The notes under the pieces are model-generated. The model did no database searches. It had not been told where the DNA came from and saw only the letters and a list, made by a program, of their open reading frames with translations. The position numbers and the translations under genes were made by a program. From assembly GCA_000004985.1 (NCBI GenBank), contig GG738858.1: a stretch of DNA of 64,000 bases; one strand, 5' to 3'. The DNA is from Naegleria gruberi. Its lineage: Eukaryota. The number at the start of each line of letters is the position of its first letter. Within the stretch, counting starts at the first letter, position 1. This document shows positions 48,001 to 58,062 of this stretch, in pieces.

Positions 48001-49739
48001 TCAAACCAAATACAGAAATTAAGAGGCGGCAAATTGAAACACTTACTGATACCATAGTGCAAACACTTACAGAAGAGTCAATTTTAAATTTACTTCCAGA
48101 TGCAATCAAGAAAGCCAATTGTGATGCCCTTCAAAAAATAATTCACAGGATTGAAGAAATAGGGTTGACTATTAATTGGGAAGATACTGGAATTATAGAG
48201 GGAATTCTAAACTCTCTTAGAAGTGGTTGCGACAACTTACTGTTTACTCTTCTCTCAAGTAAGAGTTTGACTTTGGAGAGATTGCTTAACCTTAAAAGCC
48301 AAGAAAATATGGCTGAGCAACCGATTCATGCAATTTGCTTTGGTGGGTGTGTAAAATCGCTACAATATATTTATGAAACACTCCCCAAAGATTTGTTGGT
48401 GCCATATTTTTTCAGTGTACTAGAGTTATATCCTCAATCATCTAATCAAAGTGGTCAGGATGATGAATTTGAAGACTATGAACACCTGCCATTCAGAGAA
48501 CTATCTGTGCCAACATTTTCCCTTCTTAGTTCAAATGTAAAAATGAACAATTTAGTGTTTGAGATTATGAGGGATATTGCTATGACAACACCTATTCCAA
48601 AATCAATTTTTGGAAATTGGGATTACGACCAAAACATTTTCCAAAGATTGATGACCTCTAAGAATCAAGTTGTTTTTAATACATTCAGACCATATACAAT
48701 TGGAAAATCTTGTAAGTTATAGTCTTGCTGTAATATTTACATTATATTAGTGTGGATGCAACATTTGGTTGATCATGAAGAAATTTACCTTAAATCTGTT
48801 GAAGAATATGGAGAAAACGCGAAGGTCTTTATTAGAATGATTATAGTTAATCTAATATTTGGAGATGAAACCTCATTTAAAGGATCACCTGAAGACAAGA
48901 AATTATGGGTTGATTTCTTTAGATGCTATTTCAGGTTAAAGTGTTTCAGAGATGGCGATTTTAATATTTTCTTGCAAGGTTTTAAGAACTTAACAGAAAA
49001 GGAAGTTCTCTTTGCTTTGCAAGATTATTTCTATGATATGGAAAAATCAAAGATAGCCACCGAATTATTAGAAATTATGAAATTCAACCCTAAAGGTAGT
49101 TCAGAAGAAGTACCAAGATCTTACTATTTAGTGGATATAATTGTAAAAGAATGGGACAACCTTCTTAGATATATTTTAGATGTAGTGAATGAGAGTGAGG
49201 AAATAGAAAATCAATTCTGGACAATGAGAGAAGATTTAGAACTCTCTGTAAAATATCTTAATCCAAAATATGAGAACAAATGTGTAGAATTATTGTTTGG
49301 AAAGTGTAAATTTTTGGGAGAGGAAACTCATGATTTACTTTATTGTGAGAATCAAAGCAGAATTGTAACAGTTAGTGATGAAATAAGAATTGCTGAGTTG
49401 CGAGGAAAAGTATTAAGAGGCAAGGTTTGGAGCTACAGAAAAGCTGAACGAGATGTTGGTCAATATGTTTATCAAAAAGTTAAATTTGAACCTCCTCTTC
49501 CTAAATTCTCTGAAGAGCAAGCTAAAATTCTCACAAGTATTAGTGTATTTGGAGATGTTGAAAATATGATTGGGCACGACAATGACATTACTGAAATACA
49601 TGTCATTGTTACAAATTCAGCACAAAATCTAAAGAGCAGTATTGAAAATGGCATCTTATTACTAAGAGTTTATTTAGAAAAGGAAACCATCCAAGTAGGA
49701 GAATTAGAAGGTGGTAACAAATACCATGGTTTTAATTAA
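45081..49739 (+). CDS. large N-myristoylated (MGASGS) ankyrin-repeat protein; join(45081..48711,48751..49739)
   Basis: An ankyrin motif reads LLHFAVSVDNIAAVKKLLDCGARIENKDCFGRNALFY. The 39-nt GTAAGT..TATTAG intron joins ORF 45081..48722 to ORF 48750..49739 in frame (...K S [C/L] W M Q H L...). Confidence 0.6.
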
Positions 49740-49778
49740 TTTCAATTAAAGTTAAATAAATTTCCAAATTACACAAAA

Positions 49779-50545
49779 ATGCTTTTAAACAACGATAGTG
49801 GTTGCATTTCCCATCAACAAAACGGATTGAAAGGATACTTTAATTTAGAAACATCAAAGGGAACTATAAGAATTGTTGAAGATTATAACGTCGGAACTTG
49901 TGGTTCGAGGCTTTGGTCATCAGCACCTGTTCTTTGCAAATATTTAGAAAAACAAGCCAACAAATTAAAACTCCAATCTAAAAACATATTGGAAGTAGGA
50001 GCAGGATGTGGCATATCATCAATTTTACTTGCAAAATTAGGATGTAAAAAAGTTGTTACTACCGATAGAGAAATTGTTCTTCCGATTTTAAAACAAAATG
50101 TTTCTTATAATTGTAGTGATTTATCAATTTGTCAAAATATTTCAGTTGAAGAGCTTGAATGGGAATGGGCTAATGAAGATCAAGTGGATAGAATGAAAGA
50201 ATTTAAAAAGAAAATGTTGGGTGATGAAGAAGGAGTTTTTGATATGATTATTGGATCTGATGTTGTCTATGAAGAATTATGCATTGAGCCATTGTTAAAA
50301 TTATTGAATGCACTTGCAGGAATGTCAACAACCATTTTGATTGCCTATGAAAGTAAGTAGTTGAGTTTTTATTGGAATACAAGATTCAATTTATTTCACT
50401 GAAATCAGTCCGTAATGATACAGCTCATGAAATGTTTGTTGAAAAAGCTTCCAAACAATTTTCAATGAAAAAACTTCCAACCAAACAACAAAATCCAGAA
50501 TGTTCAGATGACAGAGTATTTATTTATCAATTAAAGAAAGAATAA
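49779..50545 (+). CDS. METTL21/FAM86-type protein-lysine methyltransferase (Methyltransf_16); join(49779..50352,50409..50545)
   Basis: The SAM motif is LEVGAGCGISSILLAKLGCKKVVTTD, followed by GSDVVYEE. The intron is 56 nt, GTAAGT..AATCAG. Confidence 0.65.
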
Positions 50546-50668
50546 TTATATGGACCTTCCAGAATTTTCTATTACATGTTAATAATGGTATTATGGACAA
50601 CCATATCAATATCATTTTCTCCATAACTCATATAGATACCCCACAATCCATTGGATTGTTGGGCGATT

Positions 50669-51455
50669 CTAATTTCTCCTAGTTGTTTGAGGTGAATCTG
50701 ATTTAATGATAATATCTTGAGCGTTTAAATAAGTAGACATTAACTTCTCAATGGATTCAGATTTGATATTTGCCACAATCTCATCAAACTCCAACTCGGG
50801 GCATACTTCTCCAAAATTTGCAAACCATGCAAGTATCCATTTATCTTCATCTTCTTTCCTATACAATACACTCTTCTCCGAAACATCAAAATTCAAATTT
50901 CCAATGTAATATTCATCAAGAATGAATAACTCTACAGAATTATCTCCAAATGGATATTCAATTGAATACTTTTCCATATTATTAATTTCCTTAGCAAGAT
51001 AACTCTCATATCTGTACTTGATTGTTATTGTTCCAGAAGTTGCCTCCTTTAATTGTATCGTTTTTTCATAGTCTCGAGATGTCTTTAATTCTTCTGCTTT
51101 TAATTTCAAACTTGCTTTTCCAATAGTATCCTTAATATTTAAGAATTAAATATATTATATAAATAATTCTTACATTCTTTGTGAATTTATCAAAATCAAA
51201 TACTGTAAATTTAATCTTAATTCCCTTTCCGTAATCATCAATCTTCGCCAACTCACTCTCAAAATCACAATTCCAGGTTGGATTAAGGCTCTTCATCACG
51301 ACTGGAGTTTTCCCTGAGAAGGCCAAAGCCTTGCAATCTCTTCCAATGATAGACACTTCCACAAATCCATCACTTGTTCCTCCTACATCCGATACCATCA
51401 AATTATTTCCTCTAATAACGGTCAAATGGAATGTGTCTTTACGATGAAATGGCAT
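50669..51455 (-). CDS. C2-domain protein; join(51455..51174,51130..50669)
   Basis: The C2 signature is HLTVIRGNNLMVSDVGGTSDGFVEVSI...LNPTWNCDFE...IKFTVFDFDKFTKN. The intron is 43 nt, GTAAGA..TATTAAG. Confidence 0.7.
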
Positions 51456-51537
51456 TTTTGTTTTTTAATTCTATTGTAATTATGTACATTATATTTAATA
51501 ATTTTGAAAACTTAATAGGAAAACAAATAGATCTCCA

Positions 51538-53166
51538 CTAATTTGATGTTCTCAATTTAAAATCACTAAAGTCAATACCCATAACACTATATCTAATCTT
51601 CTTAATGGTATCTTGATCTTTTGCTCCGTTAAGTGAGAAGAAACAATTATCCCTCAATCGACCATTCTCCTCAATTACTTCAACCTCTGTATCGCCAATC
51701 ACAACAAATGATCTGTCGAATGCTTTCAATAGCCAAAAATCTTGATTACCTTCAACAGTTTTGAAATATTCGAGTGAGTCGATAAAATTGCAAAATATGT
51801 TGAGTGATTTTCTATTCTTAAAAGTAGAGGAGTTCTTGTTGGTGTAATCATTGGAAATATTAGTCTTACTAATCATATCTCTCAAAATTTCAGAGAAATA
51901 GAATGTTCGGTCAACTTTTCCATTCCTTAAATTATCAAAATACTTGTCAAAGCATTCACTCTTTGGAAGTTGCAAATTCAAAGCAGATAGTACCTCAGAT
52001 GTGAAATGTTGGCAATTGGCTTTGAATTGGTGATATTGAACTGATCCATTATATTTACAAATAATTTCAGTCAACTTTCTAAATGTTTGCTTAACATTCT
52101 CAGCACCACGTATTTCTCCAATGTCAATTGCTGCAATTGTCTTGTCAGATTTGATTTGTTGAATAGAGTCACTCCTTACAATAACAGTTGATGAGTTGAA
52201 CCATTCAATCTTCCATTCACCAATTAAAAGGCCAGTATGAACAATTCCCATATCAGCATTTGAAAAGTAGCTCATTAACTTGGTCATAAAAGGACTATTA
52301 CCTAAATCAGAAATCAACAACTTGACTCGCAGAAATGGTTCACAATTAAGCTTCTTTGAATTTTGCTTAACAATAGAACTCATAAATTCCCTATTCAATA
52401 ATCTATCTTCACACACCAAGTTTTGAGCATCCACTTCCAAATCGCCTGTCATTCTAGCATCTTTGGGAGTTCTATTATTCTTTCTCAAGAAATCATAATA
52501 TTTCTCTAACTTTTTCTTGGCCATTCCAACTCGATCCTTTTCTAAAAGAGTTAATCTGTTTGCACTATATTGGACATCGGTTGTGGTTGGGTACGCAGTA
52601 GCATCAATAATAGCAGGTGTTGGAGAAATACTTGGCTTTGAGAAAAGTGTTTCATTGATTGATTCAAAAGTTTTGTTGGGTTTGTTCACTGGGTTGACAG
52701 AGGTAGAATTCTGGCCAGCTTGACCATCTGATTCCAAAGTATCTTCCGAGACATTTAGTACTAATCTATTCGAATCATCTTCAAACTTGACTCTTCCACT
52801 CTTTTCATCATCAATTTTCTTCTTCATGATAACTTGTTCCAAAAACACAATTGCAGAAATATTATCAATCTTGTACTTGGACATCTTTTGTTGCAACAGT
52901 TCCTTTTCTTGTTGAATTTTGGCATAATTAGTTTCCTTTGCCAACCCTTCGAATAACTTTCCATTAAAATCATTGTTCATTGTTACAGCATTTATGACAG
53001 TATCGTTCTTGAAATTGTAATGAATACATAAACAAAACAAGTCCCTATTGCTACATTCTCGAAGAGGTTTTGCCTCTGCCTCTTCAATCTCATCACTGGG
53101 TGGACTGATTTCTTCAGAGAATCTAATAATACTTGACGTGTTGCCCATTTTTTTAAATTGTATCAT
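51538..53166 (-). CDS. PPPDE/DeSI-type (Peptidase_C97) cysteine peptidase domain protein with ~170-aa conserved C-terminal extension
   Basis: The His motif is VHTGLLIGEWKIEW and the Cys motif is KANCQHFTSEVLSALNLQLP, matching DeSI-1 WHTGIVVH and [21 protein letters not shown]. A second ATG (MGNTSS, 53148) is a possible myristoylated start. Confidence 0.6.
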   Translation of the reverse strand: MIQFKKMGNTSSIIRFSEEISPPSDEIEEAEAKPLRECSNRDLFCLCIHYNFKNDTVINAVTMNNDFNGKLFEGLAKETNYAKIQQEKELLQQKMSKYKIDNISAIVFLEQVIMKKKIDDEKSGRVKFEDDSNRLVLNVSEDTLESDGQAGQNSTSVNPVNKPNKTFESINETLFSKPSISPTPAIIDATAYPTTTDVQYSANRLTLLEKDRVGMAKKKLEKYYDFLRKNNRTPKDARMTGDLEVDAQNLVCEDRLLNREFMSSIVKQNSKKLNCEPFLRVKLLISDLGNSPFMTKLMSYFSNADMGIVHTGLLIGEWKIEWFNSSTVIVRSDSIQQIKSDKTIAAIDIGEIRGAENVKQTFRKLTEIICKYNGSVQYHQFKANCQHFTSEVLSALNLQLPKSECFDKYFDNLRNGKVDRTFYFSEILRDMISKTNISNDYTNKNSSTFKNRKSLNIFCNFIDSLEYFKTVEGNQDFWLLKAFDRSFVVIGDTEVEVIEENGRLRDNCFFSLNGAKDQDTIKKIRYSVMGIDFSDFKLRTSN

Positions 53167-53317
53167 GTATTTTGATCATCTGCTGTCTTTTTCACGTTTT
53201 GGAAACGTGATCGGACCTTTTGAAGCATTGTAATGAACAATTTTGTCTGATAAGAAGAAAATTCCAATCGAGAAGTTTGGGACTCAATTCTTTAATGGCA
53301 TGGTTAAGTAATTGAAT

Positions 53318-53322
53318 AAAAA
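53318..53322 (-). terminator. pol III T5 terminator immediately 3' of the 5S gene
   Basis: AAAAA on +, that is TTTTT on the gene strand, directly after the 5S 3' end. Confidence 0.6.
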
Positions 53323-53440
53323 GACTACAGCACCACAGGTTCCCAAGTTGTCTCCAACCTCAGTACTGATGTGGCTCGACGATGCTTAACTTCTCAAATC
53401 GGACGGGATGAGGTGCATTCATCGTGATATGGCCGTAGCC
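53323..53440 (-). rRNA. 5S ribosomal RNA, 118 nt
   Basis: The minus-strand sequence is GGCTACGGCCATATCACGATGAATGCACCTCATCCCGTCCGATTTGAGAAGTTAAGCATCGTCGAGCCACATCAGTACTGAGGTTGGAGACAACTTGGGAACCTGTGGTGCTGTAGTC. The universal eukaryotic 5S blocks are present, and helix I closes with 9 bp. It is followed by T5. Confidence 0.85.
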
Positions 53441-53553
53441 ATTCACATTCTTAAAAAGTTATTCATAAACAACTACCTTAATGATTAAATTAAGAAATTG
53501 GTTAAATCAATGCAAAAGGAATATAAGTTGAAAACGATTTCAATTGTTAATTT

Positions 53554-53599
53554 GGACGGGAAGCCTGCCAGGAATATGGCGACAATCCCGCTACAGTCT
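53554..53599 (-). pseudogene. degenerate 5S-like remnant upstream of the 5S gene
   Basis: The minus-strand GACTGTAGC-GGGATTGTC-GCCATAT-TCCTGGCAGGC-TTCCCGTCCA resembles a 5S 3' end (GCTGTAG) abutting a 5S 5' portion (GCCATAT..TCCCGTCCGA). Confidence 0.35.
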
Positions 53600-54187
53600 T
53601 TGACTGTATGAACAGTGAAGTCAAGAGTTCTTGGACGAATCTTGTTTGTTCAGGTTATTGAAGAAAGTAAAAAGGTCGATCACTCTTCTACTTATTGATC
53701 ATTTGATATGATGAATTGTTCCATGAAAATTGTTGAATTAAATAGAGGTCACTATTTTCCCTTCCATTTATATATTCTTCATCATGATCCTTAATAAAAT
53801 CTATTAAACCGTCACGAATGTTTAAAAATACATCTGCCTCATACCATGATAAGCAAATATTTCCATGTTGTTTTTCAATATAATATGATATTTGATTTGA
53901 AATTATTTCAAATTGATAAAGAAATACAAGCATATCAATATTTTAATCTTTAACTTGACATGATAAAATAGACTTGTTAAAAAAATCAAATCATATATTG
54001 GCGAAGGTTCTTCCTCATCAATATATTTTATTAACAAAGATTCAACTTTAATTTGTAATATTGTAAGTCTTATCACCTTAATATCTGAATGAGAAATATT
54101 ATTATCTATAACAAATTCTTAATACAATTATTCTTTTATCACCAAAGTAATTGAGCAATTGTTGAAAGAGTAAATAACAATCATTTA

Positions 54188-54670
54188 TTACCTCTTTAAT
54201 ACACAATCACTGAAATCAACATCTTTAACACTGTACTTGATATGAGTGATGGAATCTTGATCTCTTCCTCCATTAGTTGTGAAGAATCCATTCTCTTTGA
54301 CTCCTGTAGAATCAAAAGTAAGACAAATTTCATCCTCCCCAACCAAAACAAATGACCTATCAAATGCCTTCAAAAGCCAAAAATCACTTTGACCTGCCTC
54401 AATGTCAAAATATTTGATATGTTCAAGAAAATGACAAAATTCATCCAATGATTTTCTATTCTCGAATCTAATGTTCTTCAAACCAATATAAGGGTTTGTA
54501 ATGTTGCATGTTTTAAATAATGTTGCCAAATTTTCATTCACAAAGAAAGTTCTGTCAGTTTCTCCTCTTTTCAATTTGTCAAAATAAATTTTGAAAGATT
54601 CACTCACTGGAAGTGTCAAATTCAATGCCTCTAATAAATCTGAAACGAAATGTTGGCAATTAGCCCCCAA
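54188..54670 (-). pseudogene. N-terminally truncated paralogue of the PPPDE-domain gene (Cys-motif half plus conserved C-terminal extension only)
   Basis: ANCQHFVSDLLEALNLTLP...FWLLKAFDRSFV...IKYSVKDVDFSD aligns along the last ~160 aa of 51538..53166. An in-frame TAA lies directly upstream, and no plausible intron is found. Confidence 0.5.
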
Positions 54671-54782
54671 TAATGAATAATCTTAGTAATACCGTTTCAG
54701 TTTTACCTAGTTGTAATAAACACCGGAAATTTATTTATGATTTTAACAATAAAAGCTGAAAGTAGTTAAATGATGATATTTG

Positions 54783-54784
<2 letters not shown>

Positions 54785-54818
<34 letters not shown>
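54785..54818. repeat. (AT)17 microsatellite
   Basis: atatat... run. Confidence 0.9.
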
Positions 54819-54821
<3 letters not shown>

Positions 54822-54962
54822 AATTGATGTTAGATATTAGTTGTTCCATTTATTTTTAAACTACTCCATCAACCTCCATGAATCTAGTTGTCTATTTCTT
54901 GTTGTAAGAGTTTTTCTTTGTTTTAATTAACAACTATCACAACTCTACTTTTACTACTTCTA

Positions 54963-55067
54963 ATGTTCTTATCGAAGTTTACTGAGATAAAGTAGTGTTT
55001 CTTGAAAACAACAATTGAATAAACTAATAATAGAAAGTATGCTCAAAAAAATTGTCATACTATGGTC
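54963..55067 (+). repeat. split direct repeat A1 (105 bp; contains gag ATG at 55062)
   Basis: Identical copy at 58999..59103. Confidence 0.85.
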
Positions 55068-56189
55068 GCTAAGAAGCCTCAAGATATTGACTCCTCTTCA
55101 TCTGATGAAGATCTCCCAGCAGTTGAAGTAGAATACCCCACAACACCAGTGAAAGCAAGAAAACAACAAGCTGCTAAGAAGCTTAGAAAGTTAAAGGCCA
55201 TGTCACCTGTAGCTAATAGAAATAAGCGCAAACAATCTACTTCAGTTTCATCATCTAACAGTGCCTTAGATGATGGTATTTCAACTGTTGTTTCCAGTTC
55301 GTTGCTAAGCAATTCAACTTTGTTGGATAGTTCTTCAACTGCACCCTCTTCGTCAAACAATTCGTCTTCTTCCAATTCAGGTAGAGATAGTTTTGCCAGT
55401 AGTTCATCTGAACATGATATCATGGCGATCAAAGCCCAAATGCAAGAAATGATTGGAGTTTTGAGAACCGTAACAGGAAATATCTCTGAACTTACTAAGA
55501 AAGTTCAGGAGAGAGAAGAAGAATCAGATGATGATTTTGTTAATCCAGAAGCTATATCTCCAGAAGTTTGGTTACGTCAAACTTATAGAGACCTTAGAAG
55601 TTCTTACAATGTTCCTTCATCTATTGGAGATGATTTATTACTTTCTGCAGTATCCTCCGAGATACTTAAAGACCGTAAACAAGAGGAGACCAAGAGAAGA
55701 ATTCAATATTTGCTCCTTAAATACAAGGATGTGATTTCCAAGTTTGCCCCAGACATTAGATTGGATGAGATTAACAGTATTGGTTATTCTAAACTAGTAG
55801 AGTTAACTCAAATCAAAATTGAATTGTTGGAATATGCATTGAATTCTCCACTTGATTTTACAGTCATGACAGAGATTACAGAACTTTGTAGAATGATTTG
55901 CAAAGTTGAAGCCCTCTTCCTTAAAGAAGGTTTACAAGTTTCCACTTTCGATGTTGGTAGAGAATTCCTTAACAGATACATTTCTACTAATAGTTTCGAA
56001 ACTGCTGCCGAAAGTGAACTTCATAATATTAGAACAACATATCATTACTACAAAGCAACCAAGCAGCAACAAGGTCCAAAGGGAATTACCAAGAAGTATT
56101 CTAAGAAGAAACCGTTTCAAAAGAAAAACAATAAGGGTCAAGGAAACGGTGGTAAATTCCAAGGAAAAGATAAGGATAAGTCAGAATGA
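55062..56189 (+). CDS. retroelement ORF1, gag-like (S-rich N-terminus, basic KKNNKGQGNGGKFQGKDKDK tail)
   Basis: The first ORF after A1 starts on the ATG inside the repeat. It overlaps the pol frame by ~280 nt. Confidence 0.65.
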   Translation: MVAKKPQDIDSSSSDEDLPAVEVEYPTTPVKARKQQAAKKLRKLKAMSPVANRNKRKQSTSVSSSNSALDDGISTVVSSSLLSNSTLLDSSSTAPSSSNNSSSSNSGRDSFASSSSEHDIMAIKAQMQEMIGVLRTVTGNISELTKKVQEREEESDDDFVNPEAISPEVWLRQTYRDLRSSYNVPSSIGDDLLLSAVSSEILKDRKQEETKRRIQYLLLKYKDVISKFAPDIRLDEINSIGYSKLVELTQIKIELLEYALNSPLDFTVMTEITELCRMICKVEALFLKEGLQVSTFDVGREFLNRYISTNSFETAAESELHNIRTTYHYYKATKQQQGPKGITKKYSKKKPFQKKNNKGQGNGGKFQGKDKDKSE

Positions 56190-58062
56190 CTCTTCCACTC
56201 CCTCCTTCCAAGGAGGAAGATTACAACAGTTTTGGAAAAAGTGGCAAATCTTCCCCAAAACTGTTGCAGAATGGATAAGAGAGGGTATTCCAATCCATTC
56301 AGAAAAAGAAAAATGGATCGATATTCCACTAAGATCTCATTTTTCAGAAAAGGAAGATTCATGGTTAAAGAGCGAAATCTCAGATTTACTCAAAACCAAT
56401 ATTATAGAAATTGGAAACAAGGACACTGTCATAAATCCGATTCACGTGGTTCCGAAGAAAGGCAAAGACCAGTTTCGTCTAATCCTAGATTTGAGATCCA
56501 TAAATGCTGGTATAAACAACGACTCATTCAAAATGGATCATATTCACAAAACTCTAAAGTTTCTATCAAAAGACATGTTAGGAATCAAAATAGATTTGAT
56601 GAAAGGTTATCATCACGTTCCAGTGAAGGAAACAGATCGAAAGTTATTGGGATTCAGGTACAACGGCCAGATTTACCATTACAAGTGCCTACCATTCGGT
56701 CTGAACATTGCTCCAAGATTATTCTCCAAGATAATGAAGGTCTTAGTTCAAAGATGGAGAGTAAGAGGAATCTCGGTATTCATTTATTTAGACGATATCT
56801 TAGTGGTAAATCATTCAAAAGATCAGTTGATCTTAGACAGAGATATAGTTCTAAAGGATTTAGAAGAGTTTGGATTCCTCATTCAAAAAGACAAATGTTG
56901 TTTAAATCCAACTCAATTAATAGAATACCTAGGAGTTTTGTTAGACTTTCATCAAGGTTTGGTAAAAATTCCAGAAGACAAAAGGATTACAGCTTTAGAA
57001 TTCATAGAGGAGCTACTCAATGCTTCCCAGAAACGGCTTTATGTTCCATGCAAGAGAGTTGCCAAGTTCCTAGGAAAGTTGGAATTTCTAACAATTGCCA
57101 ACAAGTACCTTTCACCATTCATGTGTCGTCTTCGAAAGAACATGGTTTCAGTAGTATCAGGAAGAGGTTGGCACGCATCAATGCAAATTCACAAAGGCGC
57201 ATTCAAGGATTTATTGATTCTAAGGGAGTTAATTCAAAAGAACGATGGTCATCCGTTCGAATTGGATTGGATTCTCCCAGTGATTGTGAATTCAGATGCA
57301 ACACCTCAAGGTTTCGGCATTCACTCAGGTTCAATCGTTACTGTTGGAAAGTTCAATGGAGAAGAGCACATCAATGTCAAGGAACTAAGAGCCTTACTGC
57401 TTTATTTCAAACAAGCAGACGAATTAAATCTTTATCCAGATTTCACAAATTTCGAATTGAGAGTAGACAACATGGTAGCCGTGGCATATCTAAAGAAGGG
57501 TTATGGATCAAAAGACGATCTCGCAAAGATAGCAAGAGACATCTCAAAGATTCTAATGAGAAGAAATTGGTGGATTTGCAAAGTGATTTACATCCCATCC
57601 AAACAGAATTTCCTAGCAGACAGGTTGAGTCGATTGATGGATTGGGGATCCACCAAGGAACTAATCGAATTAGTCAACCAAGAATTTGGAATACACCATG
57701 TGGACAGATTTGCAACAACGAGTTCGGCAACTACCCTTGTATTCAATTCATGGAAAGAGAACGACGCGTTCAAAAGTCTTTGGGAAAAAGAACTAGTGAG
57801 TTATTGTGTTCCTCCAATAGGATTGATCAGTCAAGCTCTCATTCATCTTATCAAATCCAGATCAATAGCGACATTTGTAATTCCAGAATGGAGCTCCTCG
57901 ATTTGGTGGCCTCTACTCTTAAAGCTATTAAAGAAGAGAAAAAGTATCACAAGAAGGATGCTTTTAATCAAACTATTATCCGAATTATGGATCAAATTCG
58001 AAGGAACGACGTTCATAATTGCTCATCTGGATGGAAACTTATACTTCAAACCAGAGATTTAG
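55906..58062 (+). CDS. retroelement ORF2, reverse transcriptase/RNase H (pol)
   Basis: The RT motifs are LDLRSIN, FGLNIAPRLF and VFIYLDDILVV. The RNase H end reads IPSKQNFLADRLSR. The frame overlaps the end of gag, so the true pol start is probably upstream of the first ATG, via frameshift. Confidence 0.75.
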   Translation: MKPSSLKKVYKFPLSMLVENSLTDTFLLIVSKLLPKVNFIILEQHIITTKQPSSNKVQRELPRSILRRNRFKRKTIRVKETVVNSKEKIRISQNDSSTPSFQGGRLQQFWKKWQIFPKTVAEWIREGIPIHSEKEKWIDIPLRSHFSEKEDSWLKSEISDLLKTNIIEIGNKDTVINPIHVVPKKGKDQFRLILDLRSINAGINNDSFKMDHIHKTLKFLSKDMLGIKIDLMKGYHHVPVKETDRKLLGFRYNGQIYHYKCLPFGLNIAPRLFSKIMKVLVQRWRVRGISVFIYLDDILVVNHSKDQLILDRDIVLKDLEEFGFLIQKDKCCLNPTQLIEYLGVLLDFHQGLVKIPEDKRITALEFIEELLNASQKRLYVPCKRVAKFLGKLEFLTIANKYLSPFMCRLRKNMVSVVSGRGWHASMQIHKGAFKDLLILRELIQKNDGHPFELDWILPVIVNSDATPQGFGIHSGSIVTVGKFNGEEHINVKELRALLLYFKQADELNLYPDFTNFELRVDNMVAVAYLKKGYGSKDDLAKIARDISKILMRRNWWICKVIYIPSKQNFLADRLSRLMDWGSTKELIELVNQEFGIHHVDRFATTSSATTLVFNSWKENDAFKSLWEKELVSYCVPPIGLISQALIHLIKSRSIATFVIPEWSSSIWWPLLLKLLKKRKSITRRMLLIKLLSELWIKFEGTTFIIAHLDGNLYFKPEI

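Noticed and set aside
48750-49739. Separate 329-aa gene
   Set aside because: It is joined in frame to the upstream ankyrin-repeat ORF by a 39-nt GTAAGT..TATTAG intron.
53330-53420. tRNA-like GGTTCC / CGGACGGGA motifs
   Set aside because: They resolve as internal parts of the 5S rRNA gene on the opposite strand, not a tRNA.
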